This document shows, one piece after another, positions 39,090-49,989 of a stretch of DNA of 64,000 nt; position 1 is the stretch's first letter; each line of letters opens with the position of its first letter. The translations under genes were made by a program, and so were the position numbers. Location: NCBI RefSeq assembly GCF_009834535.1, contig NC_045697.1:3722001-3786000 (forward strand). Reading direction: 5' to 3'. The notes beneath the pieces were generated by a model. It ran no database searches. It worked only from the letters and a program-made list of their open reading frames with translations, and was not told the origin of the DNA. Origin of the DNA: Camelus ferus. Taxonomy: Eukaryota.

Positions 39090-39620
39090 CGCCAGTCGCG
39101 AATCACGCATGCTCAGTAGGTATTCCCCCCCGGCTTTGAAGCCACAGCCGTGGAGCAGGCCGGCACTGCTCGGGAGGAGGCTGTGCCTGGTAAGCAGCAT
39201 GTAACCCCCGCACAGAAGGCGGAGACGGTTCTCACCCGCAGTGTAAGCCGGGCAGAGCCGAGCTCGGAGAGCGCCCGCACCTCGGCGAGCCCAGCCCGGC
39301 CTCTGCGGCCGCGCCCTCTGCCCGCTCGATGCGACTGCGCCAGCGCGCCGCCGGCCGTGGTAGCCGGGCTGTCTCCTGGGGTTCCGACAGGACCCGCTCG
39401 CCTTTTGTTTACCGGCTTGCGCGTGGCTCAGCTTTTTTCAACGCTCGTGTTTTAGTTTTGCGACTTAAAAAATATTTAAACAAGGAAATTTCATTTACAC
39501 GGGAACGTAGGATTCCCTAAATCAAAAACACTAGCAGCCGTTGTTCTTCACAGGGATCTCGTACAGCCACCGTTTTGTTGGTCTTCGATACGACCGGTAC
39601 GTAGGCGTCAACCCGTGTTG
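39090..39620. promoter_or_regulatory. Orphan CpG-rich island with CTCF-like and forkhead motifs
   Basis: Locally retained CpGs in non-repetitive DNA. Minus-strand CGGGCAGAGGGCGC at 39324-39311; TGTTTAC at 39406-39412. Confidence 0.55.
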
Positions 39621-41173
39621 GAGGTGGGCGATGATTTCCATCATTGTCCAATAAGAAAGGGATGAATTTGGCAGAGCCCCGGACCAGCTCAGCACCTGCA
39701 GTCGCCCTGCTGCGGGAGCCAGACCTCTCAGCTCCATGCTCCTTCACCATCACACCACCTCTGGGGCCTGCTTTGGAGAGAACTGGATGACCCGTAAGAC
39801 CACAGCGTAAGGGCAGGTGGGTGGCTCGTTCACTGCTGAACCTGAACACCTAACACCAAAACCAGGGACTTGAATAAACATGGAAGGAAGGGAAGGGGGG
39901 GGGGGAGATGGGAGGGAGTGGGAGGAAGAGAAGGTGAACAATTGCCAGCCTAGTATTGACCCATTGGGACCTTGCACATGAATCACTAATGCCTAGTCTT
40001 TTAGGCAAAATAAGGTAGTCATCCAAGCCAAGTCACAGGAGGATGGAAAGTAACCGAGGTGTATTCACACAGGAATCCCACACTCCTACAACAGCTGTGG
40101 ACCAGGCAGCATGCGGACCCAGGGTTTCAGCCTCTTGCACATATGTTGCCCGAGCCCTGGCCCTGGCCACACCGTGGGGTGGACAAATCACAGCCTGGCC
40201 TTCAGGGAGCCTGTGTCTGTACAGTTAAGAGGTCGGACCACGTGCTGAGTGACTGTGAGCCTCCTTGATTGCCTACAGGGCCAGCCTGGCTCACACTGCG
40301 GGTGCTGATGGGGCTGCCTACCGGGGGGTTAAGCCCTTCTGTGCATCAGAGCCTCACTTAGCTCTCACAGCCTCCCCATCGGGTGGGGGCTGGGAGGATG
40401 CAGAAGGGGAGGACGCGGAAGTTAAGAACCTGCTGGGTCTCCAGGCTGAGTTCCAGGCAGCTAGGCTCCGGAGCCTGGTGTGGCACTGACCCACCTCTTG
40501 GGACGGGTGTGCACAGAGGGCCCTGACCCAGCCTGGGTGGGAGGGGCTGGGGAGGCAGCCAGGTGGGGTCTGAGGCAGAGAAGGGGGAGCGCAGGGAGGA
40601 AACAAGTTCTCAGACGGAGTGCGGATCTCAGCCAGGGTCCAGAGCCAAAATCCATTCCATCTGCCTGGTGTTGAGGGAGAAGGCAGGGAAGAGGTGATCT
40701 CGCAGAGGAGAACGCGGACCAGACCTGCAGGCCCCTGTGACTGTGTGAAGCAGAGGTGTTTTCCCCGAAGGCAACGAGGAGGCGTGGAAGGGTTTAGGCA
40801 GCTGGTTGCCAAGTCAGACCTGCCTTTTAGAAAGATGCCTCTGGATGTCGCGTGGAAGGTGGGTTAGAGACCAACGGGAGCCATCCTGGACCACCAGGAC
40901 GGTGGCCGTGGGGCTGGACAGAAGTGACTCAGGTGGACCGCTCTAGAGACTTCCTGATGACTGTAAAAGCTGCACTCGACATGCCCACAGCAGGCTCCGG
41001 CCTCACCTCTGCCCCTCAACCCGTCAGCAACAGAGAAAAGACCACCCATGGCTTCTCGCCAGCAGAGGAAGCAAACACAGGACGTGATCCAGGTACAGCA
41101 ACAAAAGCTGCCGGGGGGGGGGGGCGCTCAGACTCTGGCACTTGGTACTGAGCCCAGAAAAAGAGGGGTCTCC

Positions 41174-41490
41174 TGTGGACTGGATGTTCGTGTCCCCCCA
41201 AAATTCACGTTGAAGCCCTAAGCCCTCCCACCTTGAGATGCTACTTGGAGTGGGCCTGTGGGGTAGTCAGGTCATTAGGTCATGGGGGTGGGGCCCCTGA
41301 TGGGATTAGTGCCCCCTAAGAAGACGAGGAGACCCCAGCCAGGAGGCAGTGAACCTCGAGTCGGGAGGAGAAGCCCACCAGAATCCCGACCACGCCGGCG
41401 CTCTGACCCGGACTCCCGGTCCCAGGACTGTGAGAAAATGAGCCTGTGTTGTCCGAGCCCCGCAGTCCGTGCTCTTTGTCAGGGCAGCCG
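41174..41490 (+). mobile_element. ERVL-MaLR solo LTR (MLT1A-like)
   Basis: TGTGGACTGGATGTTCGTGTCCCCCCAAAATTCACGTTGAAGCCCTAA...GATGGGATTAGTGCCC. Confidence 0.8.
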
Positions 41491-43319
41491 AGCTGGCCTG
41501 GCAGCCCGGGATGTCGGCAGAGGGCCCTCTGGTCCAGGCTGACTTTCACATTTTGAGACGCACAACCCTGAGGGTCTGTCTCCGTTCACAGATGAGAAGC
41601 ACAGAGGGGAAAAGCGACCTGTGCAAAGTCACGGTTACTGAGGGGCAGGGACACCCCTCTGGGAGGAACTTGTCATAGAATAAGAGACCAGGCTCAAATC
41701 CTAAATCTCCCTCTAACCTACTCACCCTGGGGAAACTGACTTAACCTTGAGCCTCGGTTTTACTCACCCATAAAATGGAGATGATAATATTACCACAAAG
41801 AGCTGTTTTGACATTTAAGTGAAAGTACACGTATGAAATACCGTTTGCCACAGCAGCAAAACTCAGCCGAGGTGGGAACTATGATCCTGTTTGGAGATGA
41901 GGACACAAGGCTTGGGGAGCTGTCCCTGCCAGAGTGAGTTCCCTTAGCCACCCACTGGTGCAGGAGGAGGGAGGGAGGGAGGAAGGTGACCCTGCCCAGC
42001 CCACAGGACCCGCAGGGCCCAGGGCTCCCGGCTGCACGGTGAGCCGGCAAGGCTCTCGGCCCGTCTGCACTCTCCTATATCCTGTGGCCTCTGCCCACCT
42101 CCCACCAACAGCCGTTTCTGTTCTCAACCAGACCTGGCGGGCCAGCACGCACGTTGGCAGGGGGTCTGGAAAAGATGACAGTCCCCTCCAGTGCTCACAT
42201 CCTCCCCCCAACAGAGCAATACCCACTTTCTCATCCACCTGGGGGAATGAACGCCTGCCAGCCTCTGCACTCACGTACCCCACTGAGATCAGCCCCCACT
42301 TGGGACCCTCCTGGGGGTGGGGCTCTGTCTTTGGTGGAGAGTTTGGAGGGAGGTGGGGGTGAATCTTTCCTCCGACCCTCCTTGGTTGAGCTGAAGGATC
42401 ATTGCCAACTGTTTGTTTCCCAGAATCTGCTATTTTCTTGGCAGCTCCATGCAGGCCTTGGAAATTCTCAAAAGTGTTTTTTAAGTGCTCATAGCTTGAA
42501 TGAGAGGACAGAGATAGCAGAGGGGGAGAAAGACGGGGTCAGGGGACACCTGAAGACCCCCTTGGATCTGGTTCAGCCTTTCACAGCCACGGGGACAGGG
42601 ACAAGCCTGGGGAGAGAGGCGGTGAGGATTGCAGAGATTTTCCCACTTAGCAACTTGAAAGCCAGGAGCTGGACAAGTTCACCTCCTAACCCCTGGGCCT
42701 GGATCAAAGGCTGCATTTTTCTAAGCTCTTTCTCTATTCGCCATGGTCATAGCATAGATGGCGCATAAAACTTTCCTGGCTGAGTTTCCATTGTCTATTT
42801 TCCAGCCTCCCCAGGGATGGAGAGGTTCTTCCTGTGCCCCATAGGGCTTGGCCAGAGCCGTCAGGCCTGTGCAGGTGGAGAGCTCCCCATCGCTGGAGGT
42901 GTAAGCCAGGGATGCCACTGATGGAGATGGCGCAGAGCGCCTCTAGCCTCTGGCTGGGGTTGCCTAAGTTACTTCTGACGGGGTCCCTCCCTGCCAGAGT
43001 CGCAGCTCTAGCATCTGCCAGGGGAACAGACCAGATGGATAGCAGTGGCCTGGGGCAAGTTCCAGCCGGGTGTGGCCTGCTTGCAGGACTGTGTCCTCTC
43101 TTCTCCATCTTTACAAGGGTCAGGGGAGGATCCCACCTAGGGAAGGTCACGTGTGCACAGACTTTGTACGGCCTCGCCTACCCCGGGCACCACCCCATCC
43201 CTGCCCTCCACATCCACAGGCAGCAGGCAGCACCTGAAGCTTTCAGGATCTCAGCAAAGGCAGGTCTGCCCATGAAAGGTGTGAGTTCTGATTGGTCTAC
43301 ACCAGTCCTGGCACCATAT

Positions 43320-43660
43320 TCCTCTGGCCTGTGATTGGTTAAAGGGTGGGCATATGACCCAGTGGTGACCAATGAGATGTAAGGCGACTGCCAGAGGAGC
43401 TTCCCTTTCTGACCCCAAAAGCAAAGACCACAAAGGGAAAAGGTCTTCCTGTCCTCCATCTTCCTGCCTTGGACATTGATGTGATGTCCAGAGACACAGC
43501 AGCCTCATCCCTGGCAGTGTCATGAGGCAGCCAAACCCATGCTAGGTGCTGTTCCCTCTGGATGTCGTTATGTTCCTTACAGGAGGAATATAAACTCCTC
43601 CTGGTTTGAGTCCCCAGTAGTCAGGTTTTCAGACTTGCAGCTAAACGCATTCCTAACTGA
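43320..43660 (+). mobile_element. Old MaLR LTR fragment (MLT1J-like)
   Basis: TGATTGGTTAAAGGGTGGGCATATGACCCAG..GACCAATGAGATG...TTGCAGCTAAACGCATTCCTAACTGA; a similar fragment lies at ~28170-28570. Confidence 0.6.
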
Positions 43661-45380
43661 CCTGCTAAGGGTCTGCTCAAACCCAGTGGCTATCCCCACC
43701 CCAGTCTCCCAGTGCACCTTGCAGCCAGAGCCTGCAGGAGGAGGTGCTGGATGTCCCCTCGTGTCATGGTGCTTCGTGTCACTGCGCTTCCTTCTTTCCT
43801 CCTTCTAGGTCCCCCTCCTGTTTCCACCCCTCAGATCCGATGACCCATCTCCGTTCTTGTCCAGAGACCCTGGGGCTGCTCGGTATCCGTGTCCACCCAT
43901 CCCCTCCCCTCCCTACCCCCATGCTGAATCACAGCCCATAAATGAACACACACCCCACAAAACCTATCCTGTGGTCCCCGAACGTGGCAGGCAGGCCATA
44001 TGCTTATGACAGCGCAACTGTGAGGGCAGGGCAGCCAGCGCACTGACGGGTCATCATGCACCCTGCGGATGCAGGGCCCCTCTGGACCACTCAGCATCTC
44101 CCCGAGACCAGCCGGAGCCGCCCCTGGCATCCTCTCACGCAGTGCGCTCACCTCCTCCTTTACGCAGTGACTTCCTCCCAGCGCCGCAGCCCTGCTGGGC
44201 TCTGATCATCCTGATTTACAAACTGGGTCCCAATCAGAAATCCGAAATTGCCAACCCTCGAGTCTAAAGGCTGAGGGACTGAGGGACGGAACAACCCAGG
44301 TGATTGCTGCGGCATTTCCTGCTCCGCCACCGAGGCAGAAGCGGGGGTGCCCACATCCTGGGACCAGCTCAGCTGCAGCCCTGGGGAGGCCGGGGAGGTG
44401 AGCTTTCCAAAGGAAGGACCAGCCTTTGAAAAAGGCCCACCTACCTCCGCCACGGGGACAGAGTCGCTCACACACCTGTGCCCTTTCCTCTGTATAATCT
44501 CAGGATCGCCCTTTCACTGGTGAGGAAACAAGCTCAGAGAGGTTAAGCAATTTGTCCAAGGCCACTCAGTTAGGAAGGGACAGAGCCTGTTTCAAATAAA
44601 CTAACCAAGCCGGCCTTCTCTCCCCTGTACTCCCTCCCCCCAACTCAGTAAAGGTGCTGGCCGGGCAGGAGGGCTCTGGCAGTAGACGTGCAGCTCACCT
44701 GAGAACTCCAGCACTGCGGGGCGCCACCTTGGCCTGAGATCCCTAAGGCCTCCGGGGAAAAGGTGATGAAGACTCAAGGTGCCCAGTAAAGCCCCCAGGA
44801 GACCATGACTTAGACATTCAAAGAGGAGCAGAAGTAAGGGATGCCTCAGCTAGATGGACGAGAAAACTGAGGTTAGAGGAAGCTTATTCCTGCAAAAACG
44901 CAAGGTGTGTGCTGTCTTTTGCTGTCAGCTGCTACGAACGCTCTTCCCTCCTGAGCCTTCTCTTCTGGTCCCTCCCTTCCCACGGTCTGGGACAGCAGCC
45001 TGCACTTGGACTGCCGGCTGCCCGGCAGTGTGTGGCATCCACAGCGTGTAAGAAGGGATAAGAGATTTAGGGCGACCCTCGAGGGCGAGGAGGGGAAGGA
45101 CCCAGTGAGGACCGGGCATCTGGAGAGGAAAAGGCGAGGCCCAGGGGAGATGCTGCCGTGAGCTCTGGAAAGAAGGACGTTGCATTTATCTGTTCCTGCT
45201 TACTACCAACCCCTGCAGGTGCCCCTGAGCAGGGGCCTGACATTTCAGGGGGTGGCAGGAGGGTGGGTTCCTCTGGAGAGGGTCTTCCTGAGAGGTGACA
45301 GAGACCCCCCCATCAGGGCCTGAGGCCAGCCTTCCCTGCGAGCCCCCAGGGAGGCCCCGCTGGTTGTCCTTGGGGCCTTC

Positions 45381-45548
45381 TCCCCCCCAACACTGGTGGT
45401 CCCCCCCCACCCTGGTAGTTCCCCCCAACCCTGGTGGGCCCTCCCCCACCCTGGTGCCTCCCCACCCTGGTGGTCCCCCCTGGTAGTCCCCCGCCACCCT
45501 GGTGGCCCCCCTACCCTGGTGGCCCCCCCCACCCTGGTGGTCCCCGTG
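45381..45548. repeat. C-rich minisatellite, 9 copies of a 13-20 bp unit with core CCCTGGTRG
   Basis: CTGGT cores at 45393, 45412, 45431, 45451, 45467, 45480, 45499, 45516 and 45534. Confidence 0.92.
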
Positions 45549-46349
45549 GCCTCAGGCGGACTCACTAGGCTCCCCATCCTCCCACACCAGCTCCTTCCTC
45601 CAGGCATGGCCCAAGCCTCCCCACTCCAGTTCCACCCACTGGAGCTGGAATTGGGCACATGTGAGGAGAGGTGGGGGGTGGGTTCAGAGGCTGCCCCTGA
45701 GAGGTGAGAGACCCCTCCATGCCAGCCTCAACGTGAAGCCCCCACAAGACAATGAACCGTCCCCATCCTGAGACCCTGCATCCTTTCCCCATCCCATCAC
45801 GCCTCTCAAGAGGATGTGCACCCCATGGCTGCCCTGTAAGCTGTTCCACCCCTTCTCCCCCCAGGGATTCTGATTCCTGTTCCAGGAGGGCTTCGGGGTG
45901 AGAGCGGAGGCAGGTGCGCCCGCTGCTCCTATGGGGGTCCCATGTGTGCCCTATATCCGTGTCCGTGTCTCCTGACAGCCACCCCAGGCTACTAGCGGCG
46001 GGAAAGGAGGTTGTGAAGCACCCCAGGTTCAGCCACAGCTCCAGGGAGCCCCTCTGCCTTTGAGCTGGGCTTCTCACAATAACGTGAGCATCATCAGCCT
46101 CGTGATGCAAGCGAAGGGACCCACTTCCTCTCTGCTCATCTCAGGGTCACTGCTGCCATCTCAAGATGCCTCCTGCTCCAGTTCTGGGTTTGTGATCAAT
46201 CTAAGGCTGGGGTCAAGGGGAGACAGACAGTGCAGGTGCCTAAGGTCCCAACCAGGACAAGAGAAAGAGGAATTCAGGAGGGGGAGAGGTGAATATTCCT
46301 ACATTATCTTACTATGTACATATTTTTTAATTTCTAATTTTTTAGGCAT

Positions 46350-46480
46350 TTTTCTTTTTTCTTCTTTGGGGGGGTAATTAGGTCTATTTATTTATTTATT
46401 TTTATTGGCAGTACTGGGGATTGAACCCAGGACTTCATGCATGCTAAGCACACACTCTACCACTGAACCATACCCTCCCC
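46350..46480 (-). mobile_element. tRNA-Ala-derived SINE (Vic-1-like)
   Basis: Reverse complement reads GGGGAGGGTATGGTTCAGTGGTAGAGTGTGTGCTTAGCATGCATGAAGTCCTGGGTTCAATCCCCAGTAC followed by (AAAT)n-GACCTAATTACCCCCCC-A-rich tail. Confidence 0.9.
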
Positions 46481-47189
46481 TACTTTTTCTAGTATTTCTA
46501 TAATAAGCATCTATCATTTGTATCATGAGAAATTGTCCCTCCTGCCAACCCTCATGCTTTTCACAGTTCTGTTTCCGGCTAATGGCATATTCAACCAACT
46601 CGCAGGAGAGTTGAAATCGCAGTGGGTTTGTGATGAACAATTTAATCAGCCTCAGATTCAAATGCTCTCTCATGTCCATAGGCTTTTTTTTTTTAACATT
46701 TTTTTTATTGAGTTATAGTTACAGGCTTTTTAAGACGCTCTCCTCGGGATTCAGGACTTGGCCGCCCGCTCTCTCCTTCCCTGCCCTTAGGGCGTCTCTG
46801 TGGGAGGGGAAGATGGTACCCATGGTAAGCCCTACCTGGCCTCCTCATGCCCTTGGGGAGATGGCTGCCAGTTAAGGCTGCATTTACTCGATCCTCATGC
46901 AACTTTTTGCAGAAAGTTATTTCAGCTTGAATGTTGGGGGCCCCTTTTGGTGGCATTTCTTACCAAGAACATAAAGCTTCCGTTTGGAGCCCGTGTGCTC
47001 AGGAGGAACGGGGGATGAAACCTGCTGTCAGTTGTCAGGTCCCCCTTCCAGGGAAGTCTCTTAACCAACGAGCCTCCACTTCTTCCCAGTGGAGGCTGGG
47101 GGGAAAAGTGTCCCCTGAAGCACCGGAACAAACAAAAGTGGGCCAAGAATGAGACTCCATGATGCAGATGGGAACAAGGTTTCTGGTTA

Positions 47190-47705
47190 ATCCATCCCGA
47201 GTACTGAGACAGAATAAAGTGGAGAGGATAAAAGCAGTGGCCACATCAGGGAATCATTCTGTGGCTTGGTGAGCTGCGGGGTGGGGAGGTTCTCCACTGG
47301 GCATCTCACAAAGCCGGGCTGGGCTGTGGTCCGGGGCCTGCTCAGATGGCCCGTGGACTCCAGCGGATCTGAGGTCCTCAAGCCCTCGCTGGTGGCCAGA
47401 TGGGGGCCTGTGCTCTGCTCCCTGAGGCCACCTTCTCCCAGGACCCGTCCACCTTCACACCAGCCATGGTGAGCTGAGTCTTTCTCATGCTGTGAAGCTC
47501 CCTGACTTCGCCTATGGGGGAAACTCTCTGCTTTTAAAGGGCTCACCAAGGTCAAGTCCACCAGGTCACCTCCATGAAGGCCACATGGCTGGGGTCTCCA
47601 ACTACATCTGCAAAGTCCCTTCACGGCGGGACACAGATTAGTGTTCGACTGAATAACCAGAGGGTGGGTATTTGGAGGGCTATTTTTAGAATTCTGTCTA
47701 CTACA
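47190..47705 (-). mobile_element. Old MaLR LTR (MLT1E/F-like)
   Basis: CTCTCTGCTTTTAAAGGGCTC...ACATCTGCAAAGTCCCTTCAC...TTAGAATTCTGTCTACTACA. Confidence 0.6.
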
Positions 47706-48303
47706 ACCATCATACCCATATTTCCTTTTTAATTAGCTTATTTCAGAGTTGGATAAAAGGATGAAAATCCATGTCCCTCCCAAGGGATAATGATGATGAT
47801 GAAGATGATGGCACAGCTCGTAGCCACATAATGGAATAGATAAATGACGATTCTGGCTTCAGACCTGACGGTCACCTGTGCTGGGATTGGCTGGGAAAAA
47901 CATGCAAAGACTCTGCCTTTTCTCCAGTGTGTGACCTAACCTGGCCCATCCCCCATCCCCCAGTTGCTGCAGGGTGGGTTGGTCCACGAGAGGGCACCTG
48001 CATGGAGCCTGGCGCTCACGGGCCCTCAGCTGTCATGAGCATCACACCCACTGCCCAGATGCTGTCCCACCTTCTGTACGACCTTCTCCTGAGGGTGTTT
48101 TCTTTTAAACACTGCCCCATCCTTATTTGGGGCCGTTTAGCTTGCTCTTCCTGCACTCCCGGCCCGGACCGCCCACTCCTTTTACTGGAAATAGGTTCCA
48201 AGGGCTGATCCAGGAGTCTTCCTCTCCCTGTGCTGATGATTTGCAGTGGGGTGGTGAAGTTACAGACCTCAGGGGATTACCTACCTGAGCAGGCTCCCAA
48301 GGG

Positions 48304-48336
48304 AGTAGTTCCCAATGTGGCCACCAGGTGGCAGCA
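48304..48336 (+). promoter_or_regulatory. CTCF binding site with upstream motif
   Basis: TGGCCACCAGGTGGCAGCA (48318-48336) is a near-consensus core. AGTAGTTCC lies 5 bp upstream and resembles the TGCAGTNCC upstream module. Confidence 0.75.
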
Positions 48337-49989
48337 CAGACAGGCCTCTGTTCAGGAAAATCCACGGTTAGACGCCCACCCAGGGCACCGCCTCCTGTCT
48401 GGCATGGATCCAGGGCAGTTCAGTTTCCCCAGAAACATTGCCACTGCAACCACCAGTGCTCCTCTGTCTCAGGACACAACAGCTGTAACTACCTGTTGAC
48501 TGCCCCATGCTGCACTGTGAGCTACTGAGGGCAGGGTTCCCACGTGATTCCCTTGAGCCCCAAGAAGAATTAGAAAGTGCAATTTGCACCTCTTTTAAAC
48601 CTCACAATAAATTATATAATCCCAGTTTTACAGGTGAGCGGATCAATGCTGAGAACAAATGCCTTGCCCAAGGTCACAGCCAGTGAGAAACAGGACATGT
48701 TTTAAATTTTGTTACAGAAAACTTCAAACACACACAATAGTCAGTAATTCCGCACACTATTCATCGTCCATCTCAACCATTTCAACATTTTGCCACTTGT
48801 GTTTCTCTGATCCTCTTTTTTTTTCACCTGAGTAATCATAAAGCAACTTCAGACACTGTGGCAATTTACAGTAAACACTTTCAACACTTAGCATTGGCAT
48901 CGCTAAACAATTAGGGCATGTTTACCTAACCACCAGGCCACTGTCTCTCCCTAAGGAAAGTATCAGTAGCTCCTTACTGTCATCCAAAACTATTTATACT
49001 CAGATTCCCCCTATGGTCTCACAAGTGTCTTTTTTACAGTTGGTTTGTTCTATCATGATCCAAGTAAGGTCCATACATTCCATCCCACTATGTTTTTAAA
49101 GCTCTTTTACCCTCAGTCTTACTTCCTTTTTCCCTCCAGGCCCCTAATGAATTAATACACAGGGCCATTTGTCCAGTGGAATATTCCACTGAATTTGGCT
49201 TTTTGCCTCGTACAGCTGGTGGCACAGGGCCTGGCACACAGTAGGTATTCAACATGATGAGTGTTTTAATGGGAACAAAGGGAAAGAACATAGGTTTGGT
49301 TCTCACAAATACGACAAGCAGGCAGCCCTCCACTTGGGATACCACAGGCTGCAGCACCGGGGTCTGGGGGAGAACACAGGCTTCAGCCGGGGATCTGGGG
49401 CAGACCTCCATGTTAGCAGAGAGGACAAGCTCCAGCCCTCGATCCTGGTGGAGAGGACAGCAGGCCAGGCAATGCTGAAGCAGGAGCCAGGACAGAGCCT
49501 CGAGGGCAGCGGCAGGGGGGTATGAAAACAAGCAGCACCTCCCCGTCCAGCACCTCGGCTCCTTGGTGGGACGTGATACGGTAGCACTGACCTTTGTTAG
49601 AGTAACGAAAACATTTGGATTTATGATCTTTAGCTGTGTCCCCAATTTTCCTAGATGCTGTTCATATTTTGCTGTTTTGTTTTACTCTGAGAAAACTGAA
49701 GACGATGTGATTGCAAAGAAAACAACGTACACCCACGTTCTCCTCACCCAGCACCAGGACTGCCGCGTGGTGCCACGTTTGCTTCCTAGGGTTTCGGTTT
49801 TGTGTTAATAAAACTCACAGATAGCGACGGAGGCCCCTGCAGCCACCGGCCTCGGCGGAGCAGCCAGGACTATACTTTCTAAAGTCCCTCGGTTGCCTGC
49901 AGACGTGCTTTTGCCCTTGGCCCGCCTACCTGCATCTAGCCTACACTGAGCCCCCTGTGCCCGGCACGGTTCCAGGAGCTCGGGCTGTG

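Noticed and set aside
39531..39737. MEIIAHLQ resembling the tubulin N-terminus (MREIVHLQ)
   Set aside because: Similarity ends after a few residues and there is no GQCGNQ motif.
45381..45548. CRISPR-like repeat-spacer appearance
   Set aside because: Mammalian DNA. The intervening parts are only C-runs rather than unique spacers, and there are no cas genes.
45245..45771. Pro/Gly-rich repetitive ORFs (VPPHPG, GGTTRV)
   Set aside because: Translations of the minisatellite. Unit lengths are not multiples of three and there is no exon context.
46411..46480. Apparent tRNA-Ala(AGC) gene (also at 20.8, 26.9 and 38.1 kb)
   Set aside because: SINE-type A-rich tails, TSDs on two copies and broken stems; these are SINE heads, not tRNA genes.
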